From: Lama glama
Lineage: Eukaryota
Length of the DNA stretch: 64,000 nucleotides
Direction: 5' to 3'
NCBI GenBank assembly: GCA_028534125.1
Contig: CM052818.1
Location: 11,534,001 to 11,598,000, forward strand
The translations under genes and the position numbers were made by a program. The notes under the pieces are model-generated. The model saw nothing but the letters and a program-made list of their open reading frames with translations, did not search any database and was not told where the DNA came from. Position 1 is the first letter of the stretch, and each line of letters begins with the position of its first letter. This document shows positions 11,521-26,525 of this stretch, one piece after another.

Positions 11521-13604
11521 GTTGGCTCTTAAAGTGTCACATCCTAGCATCCTCACTAGGTTCATAGTTCAAAATTGCTGAAATACAACAGGGGAGGACA
11601 CTCGTGGCCCACTGAGACCTCAGTGTTTGGCCCTACTTATGGCAAACGGATATTTCCCAAAGTGCACAGAATTGAAATATCTTCACGAGAGAAAAGGCCT
11701 TCAGTAAAGATATTTAGTAAAGGACCTCAGCCACTTCATAACAGATGTTATGAGAAAAAGAATTTTATGAAGAACCTGATAAAAAGTTGGAAGCATTTTA
11801 TTCTGTAGATGCAAGATGGTACCATAAGACAGCAGACATTGAGACGTAACTTGGTAAGACCTGGATTCCTTCCTATCACAGTCAGAGAAAGACCCTTTCT
11901 GAAATATTAGTTTAGTTGCACTAAGAGTATTTTCTAGCCAGAAAATTGAATACTAGAGCGGAGTTTATCCTCACCCGTCCCCCTAGGTCATAACCATTTC
12001 TGCTTAAACAACCTAAGAATGTGTATCTTTAAACTATAAGTCTGGAATCAAGAAAACCATTAAAAAATAATTTTAACTTCTTTTTGCCAAAGACTCCTTT
12101 TTTTCCCCCAAAGATCCTAAAAAGTAAACAAGTTGTACTGAATCATGATTAATTTTAAATAGTTTCTAAATCAAATACATGTTTGTATGTGGACATGTAT
12201 ATGTATAAATGCTCTCTTAATGGCCCACAAACCAATGAGACATGAGGGCAAAATAAAGAATTACTATGTCCATGAAACTATATTCAATGCTTTGGAAAAA
12301 CAGATAAAGGTGAGCTATGCCCAAACCACCTCCCACTCCACTCCCTCACACACACACACAAACACACCCAAAAGCTTTGGGAAAAGCTATTGTGAAAAAG
12401 TTAAAAAAAAATAAAATTAAGGATTCTGCTTTCAGATTTCTTCACAAGCATCTATAATTTCCATTCTACTTTAAAGAAACTGGAATTGAAGATCATAAAG
12501 GCTAGATCATTAGCATATTTTAATGCAAGAAAGACTAAAACGGCAATCACTGGACTTATATTCAAAGTTTAAATTTACAATAAAATGCTTCCTATATATA
12601 GGTATTCTTTTTATGATTCTTGATATTATCAACTTTACCGATAATCTGAATAACTACCAGTCCCAACTGAGTCAGGTAAGAAGACATTTACTATACATAC
12701 ATGTATAGATATTTCTGTCTTCAGTGCAGAACATCATGAGCAAATCAGGAATACTACATTAAGTTGATTTCATTAAAATCAGAAGCAAGAAACTTGTCTT
12801 TTAAGTCAGCATAGGCAGCCTTACTACAGATAAACTTACAATTTCAATTAAGTTTCCGGAAATATTGTAATAAGCTCAAGAACCTCCACTACTACCTTTG
12901 AGGCCCTGTAGAATTCTACATGGCAATAGGGAAATTCCCAACTTAGCTCTACTGATTGAGCACAGTGGAACACTATGGGTAAAAATTATATCATTTTATC
13001 AAGCAATAAACAATGATATATTTGCATATAAATGTTATATATAATTCATATACCTATATTATACACACATACATACACATACAAATACCATATACATGTA
13101 TATGTATGTACATCCCTCCCAGATGTATCTCTTTATTGATCACTTCTTTTTTAAGGAATTAGTGAGATCTTCCATGCACAGCTGAAAGAAGCAAAACCTC
13201 AATTCTGGGTGAGCCCCAGTTTCCCTCAGGTTTCCACGTACTTCTCAGGACTACACTTCCTGTTGAGGCACTGGGCCCTAAAGTTAATGTTTTATGTGTT
13301 CTGGACCAAAAAAGAGGGTACTTAGTTCCCTGGGGAGTTATCTGTTTCATGTTCTTTTTTTTTTTCATTTGTTTGTTTCTCAAATACAAGCTTGTAGGCT
13401 TTACCCAGTTGAAATAAATTGACTCTCTGAGAATGAGTTCTAGCCTCATACATATATTTTTTACAACTCTAGGTAATGTTATGCTGTCAGACTCCAAAGA
13501 CTGAGACTCATAACTCTAAGGGACACCATCCTGGCTAAATGTCATGCCCTCTATGGTCTTGCTTTCTTTCCAGGCTCAGCCACCTTATAGATAACACTAA
13601 TCAG

Positions 13605-13915
13605 GCATTTTTGCTAGGCACTGGACACACAGTAAGCAAGACAGGACATGGACCCTACTCTTGATAAACTCAAGCAATGACTATAGACAGATAAACACAC
13701 TTCCAAACTAGCCAAGTAGTAGAGATAGGTATACAATATTAAAGGGTTGGAATAGAAGCCTAGGAAATCTTCACAGAAGCAGTGATAACGCATTTTATGC
13801 TTAACCTTAAAGAAAAATGGGAAATTTTCTTGGATGAGAAGAGGAGAAGAAAAGCTGAGAGTGAAGAAAAGTAAGTGGATTTTAAGCAGAAGGAATAACA
13901 TGGAAGAAGAGGTGA
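13605..13915 (-). mobile_element. L2 fragment
   Basis: tgctaggcactggacacacagtaagcaagacaggacatggaccctactct ... agcagaaggaataacatg. Confidence 0.65.
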
Positions 13916-15559
13916 GAGCCAGCTGCAGACTATGGCCTCCCGGCCAATACCAGCTTCTTCATCCCTTATAACCTGCTCTCAATCTCAGGTCTCACTGGTC
14001 CTTCCCTTCTTTCTTACCCCGCCAGCCCCAAGGAGCCCTCCACTCTCCACTGTCTACCCACAGAACTCTGAGAAGGCCAATGTATCCTGCCCCAAAAGAT
14101 TTGGAGATAAATGTATACTTTGAGGACAAAAAAGGAGTAAAAGATACCATTCTCCTAGTTAGTTCCTTTGAAAAAAAAACAAAACAAAAACTTACCCTTA
14201 TGCCACAGCTGCAGGACAAGTAGCAAAATCAACTGTATTTAACATGCAAAACCTTGGCTTGCATTGAAACTGCTGCAATCCCAGCAACAAAGAACTTTCC
14301 AGGAAATTGTAATTAATGGAGATATATACACATATATATTCATATTTCACAAAAATTATTGAACCTCTACTATATCCCTTAACTATTTCTTGTCTGTTAC
14401 ATGGATTAAATAATCATGTTAGTTTTAGATTAATTAATGGAGTAGAGGGCACAAGGTGGAATAGACTGTTTTCCCATACTAATTCGAATTTTTTCCAAAT
14501 AGAGCTTCTTGTGATGCTGATAGTCTGTGGAACACAACTTGGGAAATTCTGATCAAGGCTGGACTTCTATCATTCATCTAATATCCCCAAGGGTAGCTCA
14601 TATCATCAGAGGCAACTTATTTCATGGCCAGAAAGTACTGACCATTACTGTTGGAAAGCTGCTGTTACAGGTAGTGTTGGCTGAATTATTATTATTATTA
14701 CTATTATTCTGACCCAAAATCTGCCACCTTGAATCATCCTTTCCTTTTGTCCTAATTTTTCCTCCTAACCTTGTTGAATTAGTAAAAAGCAAGACCTCGT
14801 ATTATGGAAGTGGTGTCTAAACAGACTGAAGTAGTGAAGAAACCAGGTATTTTACATTCAAACTGAAGCTGAGAAATCAATGCATTGTTTCTCTTTATAA
14901 CATACAAAATGAGCTTATTTTTAAATGCATCAGATATGGCTATTTAGCAGTATTCTATGCAAGTGTGGCATATCAAGGAGCCAGCCGCTGCTGCCTGAGA
15001 GTTCAGAACCTGTTTTCCATAAGCTATAGGTGAATGATCTCTGCCTTGCTGTAAAGAGTGATCTCTAAGAAACTGAGGTGTAAGAGATGTCTTCGTATTT
15101 TGTTTCCTGAGAAGAAACCATGATTTCACATTTGGTCTAAAGATAGACTTTCCCAATAAATATATCACTATCATTAGAACAAAGCACAAACTTTCCTTGG
15201 AGACTTGAATTGAGCTACAGATATGAAGCTTATACTAACAGCCTGAGGAATGCAACTTGCAGCTTCCAGTCACTGCTGGTCAAACAGAATTTCGTGTGAA
15301 CTTGACAAGCATCCCTGGGAGGAAAAAGACACCCTAGTTGTACGGCCTTCATCAGCATTTGTTCCTGAATCACCCCAGTTTTTCCTCCTCTACTAATCAA
15401 ATGATTCTCCAGCCTTTCATGATTTTGCTGTATATATCTTTTTGGATACCTAATTAACACTGTGATTTTTGTTCTACATATGTTGTGCCATAGTTGATTC
15501 TGTCCTATCCTCACAAAACACGTTAAGCTTAATAAATATATTTATGAGAATTACTTTGT

Positions 15560-17420
15560 ATAGCCCTTATGCAATCAGCCATGCTGGGTATGATGGCCCA
15601 AGACGATGAAAACCCATTGACTTTTTGTAGCAAATTAGTCTACCACCTAATCGGTGAACCCTGCTAAGCTTTTGAATTATGACGAGAACCAGCAGCTCAG
15701 TTAGAACACTCAAATGAATTATATCAATTCATAAACTTGTTCATGTCCAGATTTCATTAGCCACACATTAACAGCATTTTATGTTTATTACTGCTCTGAC
15801 ATAATCTATAAATAACTGAAATGCTAATCATAGTGTTCTGCCGGGCATCATCATTTAATCATAAAGAGATACATTATTATAAACTATAATAGATAATAAC
15901 AAGTCTGGGTCAATGGCCGCATATTAAAAGATCACAATTATATCCTATAAGGGTATGTACCTCATACATTTGGTGACACATAGGTCCATATCTAATCACT
16001 TGCAAATGTTTCCCCTCTGACATACTTATAGTACAAGGTGACACAATTAAGAAAATATGCTTGTAAAACACTACAATCCTTGAACATCAAAGTAAACAGA
16101 GAACAATTAATAGTGAGAGAAAACATAGTCTTGCCAATGCCAATTCAATTAACTCTTTATTGGTAGGTTTGTTTTTCAGCAGAAAGGGAATTCATGTTTC
16201 TAATAGATGGGAGAACCAAAAGAAAGAAAAAGAAGATGTGCAGCTTATCAAAACATAACTAGAAAAGCTATTAAATAAAAGCTGAATTCAGTTACAACTG
16301 AGTTAAAATTGTAAAACAAAGCTTAACTACTGATTGAATCTTCTCCAAGTCCTATTTAATGGTTTATTACAAACTATAATATAGTAATCTTATATTACAT
16401 TATAAAATAATTTCATGTAGGAATATTCACACTTCCTTGCAAGAAATAATAACTTTCAAACTCAGCAAAGCTACCAATTTCAAATGGCACTGCTATTACT
16501 GTTCGTGCCACAATGTTGTCATCACTGTTGTGTTTTGACTAGTTGATGACAGAGCACTGATCAAGTTTGGATATTGATTTAACAAGATGATGGGGTCATT
16601 ACCTTTGCAGCTTATGTGATTCCCGTGTTTTTGCTTCAGGAAAATATCCTCATAAAATACCAGCTGCTTACACAAATAATTTCTAACATAGATTATCAGC
16701 AGAAAGAGTTTTGAATGAGAAACGAGGCTGACCTAGAGTCCAAGAATTAATGACAGATTATTAAACTAAAGTATTTTATGCTGAGAATTAGCCACTAATT
16801 TAAAGCCTTAGTTGAACAGGATGCAGAGAGAGAGTCTGTCATTGCAAACACTTGCACCTCAGAGCTCAGGGTGAATCGAGGGAGATAAAGAAAGGAATGT
16901 AAAACACTATGGAAACCAACCTCTGGAGACTTAATATTCTGATCAGCTCACCTCCGAACATCTGGCTCTTAAATGTTGAAGCACAAAAACAAGAGAGCTA
17001 ATGAAAGCAGCACATATTATCTCTCCCATCAATGTACCTCACAAACACCTGCTAAAATTAAAACAAATTGAATCTTGATTGCTGATTAAGTACCCCTTCT
17101 TTAGCTAGATATTCTGTCATTATTTGCCCTGGCGCACAATGCGTAAACTGATGAATGGTGAGTGGTGGGCTGCGGCAGCAAAGGTGGATGCAAGGCGATT
17201 CAAAGTAGATGAATATACATGGCAGCAGATTAACTTTGTGTACTCTAACCCAGCAAAAAAGTGAGTTTTCACCCCCATGCCCCTACCCAAGAATGAAAGT
17301 GCTAAAACTGCATTTAAAATAGAAAGGTGAATCTGTGGCTATAACGTACTACCTCCCTCCAATAAAGTTCGTTGTCAGGCAGGTTTTGCTGCATTTAATT
17401 TACTCACCATTGCCTGGTGA
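15560..17420. promoter_or_regulatory. Putative cluster of conserved non-coding (enhancer-like) elements
   Basis: Repeat-free, complex and non-coding, with dense TAAT/ATTA, TGAT, ATAAA and ACAAT motifs and scattered retained CpGs. Conservation itself was not tested. Confidence 0.5.
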
Positions 17421-20400
17421 CTGAGCTTAAAAAGTACTCTTGACCTGTATTACTGACCGCTTTTATTCAGTTTCTTAGCTGCTGCAAAATGCTGCCTTTT
17501 TTTTTTTTTTTTTGCTTTTTTATTTATTTATTTTTTGCATTTGCAAACCTTTGCAGACACAGGCTGGTAATACCAAAAACAGAACCTCCCAAGACACATT
17601 TGGTTTGTCCATATCTGAAACAAATCCTTGGACTGTGGTTAAAAAAAAGAATCACACAATTTACTGCCAATAAACCAAGAGACTATTCAGCATGCACATT
17701 TCAGTTAGAATAAAAATACCCATCCGAGTTTTCATCACACATATATAAATACCTTCCTATGCGAACACTGATGACAGATGTGTGGCTAATCTACCATGTT
17801 AACTTCATTTGAGAAATTGTGGTTTTGTTCAAACTTTATTAGCTAAACTCGAATTGATCCTGATAAGTTTTAACTCAATATTTTACCTGGCTCAAGTATA
17901 TTTCCAGAATTCATACAACTCAACAGCTCCCCTGTATTTGCAGTACATTCACATAAATTTCCTGTTAAAATAATCAACTTGTATTTGTTTCAATGCCTTT
18001 TGATTAAAACAAACAACAAAAAAAAAGAGTAGAGTGAGAGAAAAATAGCAGTGTGTAAATCCTTCTTAACACCACAACCTACACAACCTGGTTTCATTTA
18101 TTTATTATTTTTTTGACTAACACGCTGAGGTCACAACAGCACATATGTTTGACACATGCCTTTCATCATTGATGATTATGCCCTATCCAAAAAGTAGCTG
18201 CTAAAATAATAAGTTATGCCAAAAAGATCCGTTACTCCACGATCTGCTACAGGGCATTAAAACAAAAGGAAAGAAATGTCTATGAATCACTTAATTGTTC
18301 CTTGACTTTTTTTTCTTATTGCATTCTAAATTATTTAAATATACTATTAGGCATCATATTGGAAAAAACAGATGTTTTCTAATTATGAACTGATTTTACA
18401 GTGTGATGGTGTCACATATTTAAATTACAAATACACATTTTTAGCATTCCAGCTGTGCTTTACAAGAGTTTAATTTGCTTCTTCTGATATGTCACATTGC
18501 ACCTGCCTTTTTAAAACTCCTATAAATGTAAGACATTACTCAAACACAATTATTAAAACATGTTGAAGAATTCTAAAGATTCTGAACAGCTTATAGAAGA
18601 TGAATTTTATATAAAGATTCAATAATGAATCTACCAAATGTGTATTTGGAGTAACATTTACAAATATTTTTAGAGGAATATGAATTTTGACGGATGATTT
18701 GTGTATGTATATATGGATGTATAGTAGTGTATAGAATTTGGTTTTATTTGTATAGCACCTTTCATACTAACCATATCTTCAAGCACATTCATACAAACTT
18801 GAGTTTAAAATACCTGCTGTGCATTAACAACATGAAAATAAAAATTCAGCACCTATTAAGAACTTAGAAGAGGACTTTTATTGGATGGGAAGTAAGAAGG
18901 TACTTTGCCCAGAGTTTGAGCTTTAGTTAAATTACCATTCCTTCTCTTTTTAAGGAGAACTCTATGACATAATCAGATTAGTCAATCATTTCAGGTAAAA
19001 TAGAATCCAAATATTAGAAATTTAAATTAATTTGAATTGTCCAACAAATCAATAACCAATGAGTCAATAGTGATGGACCCATTTTTCCTAGATTGTGAGG
19101 TAGGGTTTCCTAGGAGCACTTGAGTTTAGAGTGAAACATTTGACCCACATAAAGTTCAATGACTTCCCAGGGTTTAAACTGTCATGCAATGAGTGTTAAA
19201 ACAAATAAATTCACATAAATATGTAAATGAAGATACATCCATAGGCAAAAGAACCAACAACTAAATAGGTCTTAATCTGAGATATTATTTTAAAAATATG
19301 GAAATGGACTATGTGCTTTATTTCTGAAATTCACAGAAATATTTTAAACTTTAAAATAAATAATTCAGAGAAATCAATCTAAAAAAATCTACATATAAAA
19401 TCTATATAGAGGAATATTTATTTTACACTAATTAAACATATACACAAGGTATTTATTTATTGGTATACTCCCCAGAAATAACAATTATTGTTTTAAAAAT
19501 GTATATTCATATTAAAAGCAACTATGTGAGAACAGCTGAAGAAGAAATAAACCAGATGTAAGTTATTCACTCAATCTTGTTTCAAAATAAGAAAAAGAAG
19601 AGGCTGTTCCTCAACACAATTTTGAAGAACTGACATGTTTAAATGATAGTGTGGGGTGGTTTTTTCTCTCCTTTTTCTATTTTCACAATAATGGCTGACA
19701 ATAAACCATTTATAACTCTTTCAAATCTTAATATGGCTAAATGATTTATTTCTGTAAAATCTGATTTCACTGTCCTCAAAATAAAATATTCAAGACAAAG
19801 CCAATAAGAGTGTATACATGGTGAAACTGGACTCCCCCTCAACCTCACTGTGAGTAGCAAACATAATGGTGAATTGACTTTTTTTTAAAGAGAAGTCTAA
19901 AGATTAAATGAGGATGGTAAAAGTATTACGGTAGTAAATTTTACTAGCAAACAAATAAAATCACATTGTAAAACCTTTCCAAAAAAGAGGCTTTAACTGC
20001 ACTGCATAATCATATATAAAAACCTAAAATGGAAATTTTTATCCATTAAAGTGTGAACAAGCTAATTCAAAATAAATGGGAGGGCATTTGGAACGATAAA
20101 GTGTTCAGCCAGCTCTCTTACTGAACAAAGGCCTTATTTTAATCATAAGGTTATTGATTGCAAAGCAAAGTGTTTCTGCCAAATACAGAACTTTCAAAAT
20201 GACTCATCCGTAAGTCTTATTTTCATACGCTTTAATGGTCTGTCACAGCCAGAAACTGCCTCTCGTGACCAGATTTCTTTTCTTGAGTCTCCTGGGCCAT
20301 GCATTCTGCTCTCTGGGCTCAGCTTTCTGGATGAGTTCCAAGCAGTCCTTCTAGCCCCTCATGTCTTTCAACCTTAACTCAGCCCCTGAGGTCTAGGGAA

Positions 20401-21989
20401 CCACCTGCATGAGAAGGACAGGTAAACTGGGTGCCATATGATTACCAACTCTGGATTTGGCTCTATGTCTCCCACCAGTTAAGTGTGACCATCTCAAGGT
20501 TGGAAGACACTAAGTTGCCTTTAGATTCCTCCCAATCAGGGAGTTCAAGGCATAAGAGGAGGGAGACTCAGAGCACGAGCCCCAGTGTGTTTTGAAAAAG
20601 AGTTCTAGATTAAAGATGTACAACAGCAGGCAATATTTAATTCTTTTTGAAGCTGACAACCAACACTACATTCAGTCTACAATAAAATGACAGTGACAGA
20701 CCTCAATCTAAGTAGGAGAGTCTCCAGCAGTTGCAGAAGCAGCTACTCTATTCTGAACACAGACAAGAATGTGAATTCAAAAGCTGCATGCATGAATGGG
20801 AGATACCTTTAAAAATGGCTTCCTCAGGATGCAAAATGTGAGAGTCTAAAGACACTTTTCCTGAAATGTTATTCTCAACATACTGCTGAGATCTCAATGA
20901 ACAGATTATTTAGTTTAGGGAATAAGCAGGTTAATAAACAGAATTGCAAAGATCTTCTAAATATCATCAGCTGACCCAAACACCCAGACCCTTGGCTTCC
21001 TAATTCTCCCTGCCAATTCCCCTTTCATACAGCCCTTTTATTCATTATGCATGATAAGTCCTCCAGATTCTCTAAAATGAACATACTAATCATATTCAAT
21101 ATTCTTACACAAATGATGGTGAGACCACCACCCTTGGGTCTGATCTGCTACTGACTACTTTACACTGAAGGTCTACTCTCTGCTCATTGTTATACCATTG
21201 GCCTTAGGTGTTCTTTGTGGATCATACTACTCATGTTTCTGTGTTAAGTTAGGGGTTATCAGGGGCATCTGATTCACCCTTCTCTTCATACCCTCGAAAC
21301 AAAGAGGAAAAAAAGACAAGTTGTAATAGCATTGAGAACTAGATACATTAATAAATAATCTGACATGCTCCAGGAGAAATTTCATGTCATCCAAAAATAG
21401 ATGGAGCCCTAAAATAAGATGGGGAGTTTAGAGGGTAAAAAAATTGGGGGGCTCCAGTCACCCTCAATGTACACCTCTTTCCAGCAACATGGTGGCCCTG
21501 CTGACCAGAGAATCAGGAACTGAGTAGAGGCAGCTTTATGAATAACCAGAGCTAACCCATTTTTGCTGTGCCTCCACATTCTTAACCCCATCAGTCTCTT
21601 CTGTCCTATGTTTTTCACAGGCTACAATTTTAGTAAGGCACTATACGAAGGGGTGGAATAGGCAATGATGTACTGAACCTGAGATAAAAGTATCTGAACC
21701 CGGAAGAGATGCTGTTTGGACACCACAAACTTCAAGTATCCCTTCTGGAATGATCTGAATGATGCTTAAGATTATTCAAACTGAGATGATCAAAACAGAA
21801 AAAAAAAATTCTCCCCAGTTCAAAAGAATGTCACAAGATAGATGATTGCTTGACACTGGACTTTGACTATAAGCTTAAGACCTGAGAGGAATTCTAATAA
21901 TAAGGAAAACAGCGGTGTTCCAAGAAGAGTCCATGGATCAGGCATGGTACATTCACAAAACCTGGTCTGGATAGGTCACACCTCACTCT

Positions 21990-24900
21990 TAGAGAAACAA
22001 ACCAACCCAAAATAGCTGAGCAGAAGATTCTCCAACATAAAATCAGAGGACAAGGGCACACAAAAGGCAGAGAAAAAGCACCAAAAGGGGGTGTCTCCCT
22101 TAATTAAAGTAGACAACAAGCATCTCCTCAGTGTTCTCAATAAAATTTAAGAAAATTGCCCTCAACAGCAGGAGAGCAATGATAAAATGATCAGGAAATA
22201 GACTGATTTGAACAGAGAGTTAGTTGAGATGGATGTGCAAGTAATGAAGTTGAGTGAATTGAGAAAATACTGAACAGATAGAAAATTCTGTTATTATGAA
22301 TGAATCTTCACTAAAGAGGAAATGCAAAGACTGTGTGAAAAAAAGACTGGTCACTGACACTGAAGCCAATACAAGGTGCATTTCTAGAAGCCAGAGGAAA
22401 AGGACAACAACAAAAAACAATGAGTCAGGAAACAAAGGCTATAGAAGACAGAATGGGAGAACCTGCATATGGACACCTATAAAAAAGGGAGAGGGGGTCT
22501 AAAGTTATAGCAATATGCTATTTGTACCTGGAAAGAAATACAGGCTTACAAGCTGGAAAAATCAAGTTGGTCATAGATTTCCATTTGGCTTTTTTAATAA
22601 CAGGTGACAGTGAAACAATATCTGCACAGTATTGTGGGGAAAAGTTTATGACCCAAGAATTCCATATACAAGCAATTGTCCCACGAAGGGAACAAAAAGA
22701 TATTCTCAGATACATAAGGGCTCACAAAGTATATAGTCCATATGCTTTAACAACAACAACAACAAAAAAAAAAAAACCAGAAGATACACAAAGATATACT
22801 TAAGCTGAGAGAATACTCAACATTTTTTAAAAATTCAAATAGCTAAATACTAATATGAAATAAATGATGGTAAATAAATGCAATATTAAATCTAAAATTT
22901 TAATGTAGTTTTTAAGATGAATTAATATTTTTAAATGGTTCTTGTGAGAGAAAAATCATGGTGCTTTCAAAACATCATTTTACACTTATTATCCAGATGT
23001 AACACCCAAAATATATTAACATAAACTGAGAAGTGATTTAATGAAAGGAAAGTAGAAAGAGACCATTTTGTCATTTTACATAGTGGTTAACCAACAGTAG
23101 CTTTTTGTCCATTCTGGTAATTAGAGAAATATAGGCTTAAAAAGTTTTATTTTAATATAAAGGTAGTTACTAGTGTTAAAAACAAATGTGTACCTTATAA
23201 GTAACTGAAAGGGAAAAAAGCAAGCAGAAGGAAAGGAGGAAGGACGGAAGGAAAGAAAGAAAAAAGGAAATGACTTATAAAGCAACAGAGAAGACAAAAG
23301 AATCAGAAAGCATAAACATGTTCCCAACAAATGTGAGATATAATGTCAAATATATCAATTAACACACAAATTATTAATACAAAGAACTATTTTTAAAAGC
23401 AAACAAAATATTTGAGATTGGGATAAATCATTTTGGACATATGCTGCTAATAGAAACACTGGTAAATCAAAAGGACAAAGGAAGATTAAAAAGGATATCC
23501 TTCAATATCACATAATCACAATAAAAACAAAGCTAGGGTCATAACTATAAAACTAGACATAGAAGAATAAGAATTAAAAACTTTAAATGGAACAAAAAGA
23601 ATCATAATATAATAGGTAAAATCTGCCATGTAATAATAATAATACCACCAACAACAAAATGTTATGCTTTGAATAATATAGTAAGTATCTAAGTTTACAA
23701 AGGAAAAGCCATTGATTGTGGTGGGAGACATCAGGCTAAAGTAAAACAAAGAAGTAAATTATTTAAAGAATTTAAAGAAATGGTAATAACAATGTACTAT
23801 TTATTGAATGCTTAAGACGTGCCAAGCACTGTGTTAAGTTCTTTAGTCGCAGCTTATTATATCCCAGCAACTCTATAAGGTGGGTTTATGGTCCTTCTCA
23901 CATACTGAGAAGCCAGGACCAAGACTTGCACAACTTGCTCAACTTCATACCATTGGTAGTGCCAAAGACGCACTCCAAAGCTATGTGTGCCTCTTGGAGG
24001 AACTGAAAAGAAAGAAAATGGCCAAATATAAACTAAATATACACAAATGAATCCTTTCATCTATAATGGGAAATGGAATAGAAAAAAAAGATATGTTTTT
24101 CAAAGTGCAACAAAAACATGGAATTCTCTCCAGGGAAAACTATAATTAAAAATAAATACTTGGGAACAAATGAAGACTACTACAGCTCTTCACTGAAAAT
24201 CATAAAAGAATATACAAATAGGCCTTTTGTGTCTCAGATACAGAAGACTGAATTTTGTAAGGGTGTCATTTCTCTATTTCATGGGGATAGTGGTATTACA
24301 ATTAAAATCTGTGCATTTTTGTTAACTTGCCAAAGTGATTTCAGAGTTCAGTTTAAGAAGAAATATTAGTCTCTAGACTTATGCTGTGTGTCTGGTGAGG
24401 GCAGAGAATATATCTATCTTGTGTAGCATTCCTAGCCCAGAGGAGGAACTTCATAAATATTTACTGAGTGAAAAATAGCTAGGAAATTTCTGAAAAATAT
24501 TCTAATTAATGTTTCTAACTAAATGAAACTAATGCTTCTAACATTCTAACTAATATGTGAAAACTTGCTTCAATAAAGGTTAGTATCTTTGGCATACAAA
24601 AAAATCCAAATTGATAGGAGGAATATAAAAAGTCTTTGATGGTTCCAAGGAAACAATTAGAAATAAAAATAATTTGTTTATTCAATAATTTATTTATTCA
24701 AGGATTATTAACAATGGCAAAAAAATTTGTCCCTACCTAATGATAATTGAACAGTACAACTAGTTATATCATGTCCATATACAGAATAATATAGTTTTTC
24801 AATGTAATATTGAATATTTAACGCCTTTTTTCCAGTTTATTCTTTCTACAAATGCTTGTAATGGTAAAAGAAAAAGCAAAATGCAAGAGTATAAATAAAT

Positions 24901-25080
24901 CAAGCCTGATTTTTAAAAATATATACAGATTTGAGAAACACTGAAAAAATATAGGAAAGAAATACATCAAAGCATCAACAGTTTTATCTGTATAGAATTA
25001 CTCAATATATTTTATTTTCTTATTTATATATTTTTCGGTGTTCCATATTTTCTATAATTAGTTTGCTTAACTCTTAGACT
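21990..25080 (+). mobile_element. Highly decayed ancient L1 (L1ME/HAL1-like): ORF1-like, endonuclease-like and 3' pieces
   Basis: ORF 22522-22803 (GKIKLVIDF...) resembles the L1 ORF1 C-terminus. 23330-23750 resembles ORF2 endonuclease DNA (attgtggtgggagac). 24900-25070 resembles an L1ME 3'UTR. Confidence 0.6.
23783..23990 (-). mobile_element. MIR nested in the old L1
   Basis: tttattgaatgcttaagacgtgccaagcactgtgttaag ... cagcaactctataaggtggg. Confidence 0.7.
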
Positions 25081-26158
25081 AAGAAAAAATAATCCTCTAA
25101 AGATTAGTTTATTCAAGGTAATAGAGACAGATTACTAAATGTGAAAATAAATCTGGCCTTACTTTCTATTTTGGTGTCTCCAAATTTCAAGGGATGTCAA
25201 TTTCCATATGCTGTCAAATCCTAGGAAAAATCTGATTTTCAATCTGTGGAACCAAAATAGGAACCTTCTCCAAAAGTAATGTTTTCTACAGTCTCTCTTA
25301 CACTCTTCACCTGAGACTCAAAACACAAAGTTGAAAATATTTGTGTTCCTTAAAAATGTGAGCAATTTGAGATAATTTTTTTAAAACGCTCTTATTCTCT
25401 CAATACTTCTGCAGTAGATATAAGAAAGAAAGTTTTGATTGAAATAAAAAGGAGGAAAAATGTTCGGGAAGCACACAGAGGCATTTTAAAAAAATAGTAC
25501 TCAAACAACTTTTCAACAACAGGATTATCAAAATGATGAAAATACTAATTAGCAATACAGTGCTTGGAAAAGACAGTATATTTTTAATGCCATTGATACT
25601 CCTTAATATTTAAAGCAAAACAAAACAATAACAGCAAGATATCTAAGAATTAAGCAGAGGCTTCTCACTGGTGTTTATTAACTGGAATACCATGCCTTGC
25701 CATTGAGAGGTGGACTAAAGATCATTTCACCGACTAATTGAATCACCTTTGGAAAATATCAGTGTTTAAGAAGAGGAACTAACAAAATAAGTTAGCACTT
25801 GTTTTTGGAGTGCTTGGCAAGTGAATAAATGACTTGGATTAGACATTCTCAACCCTTAGAAGAAAAGAGAACCAGGTGCCAGTAGTCCCAATAAAGGATT
25901 AGTAACCTTTTAATAAGATTTTGTTCATGACTATGTATAACTGTATCCTCATTTCAACACTTGTAGACAAGTCTTGATGCCGATGAGTTCATTTTAGGAA
26001 TATATAACTTAACAAGTTGTCAGGATTAAAATAGAAGCAGGCATCTTACTCATGAGTCTTTCATTTTTAAGGGGTAAGAGATGCAATGGCTTTTGAAGCT
26101 TCTGGGAAAGAAAGCCCGGACCAAAGCTTTTAGGGACTGCCTCTCGGTATGCACTCAC

Positions 26159-26199
26159 GGACACAGGAATTATCTCGGCAACTACCCCAACAGGATGGC
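26159..26199 (-). CDS. Weak candidate 41-nt exon
   Basis: ttccccattgtag|GCCATC...GTGTCC|gtgagt. Two of three frames are open and the region is locally CpG-rich. Confidence 0.2.
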
Positions 26200-26319
26200 C
26201 TACAATGGGGAATCTAATTTTCACTCAGCAGAGCTCTGCAGATATGGACACCCTCAAACAACTTTAAGTCCAAATTAACGACAATACTTTTAAAAAATAA
26301 CATACCAAATCATACTGTG

Positions 26320-26525
26320 CACTTGTAGTTAGCCATTACATGATTTGATGTGATTCTCACAACAGCACTGACACCTGGGCTGGAAAGGCATTATTCCTGT
26401 TTTGCAGCTGAGACCACCAGAACTCAGAAGAATTAGCAGTTCATAAGATCATACAGTTCAGACCATGGGTGGGACTAGAACCTGGGCCTTGGGAGGCCTT
26501 TTCTAGTATTCTTTCCACTAAATCA
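26320..26525 (-). mobile_element. MIR SINE
   Basis: attctcacaacagc ... attattcctgttttgcagctgag ... gggactagaacctggg. Confidence 0.7.

Noticed and set aside
16505..16560. Imperfect hairpin (tgtcatca...tgatgaca) as a pre-miRNA
   Set aside because: Only about 8 contiguous pairs, so the stem is too short and irregular.
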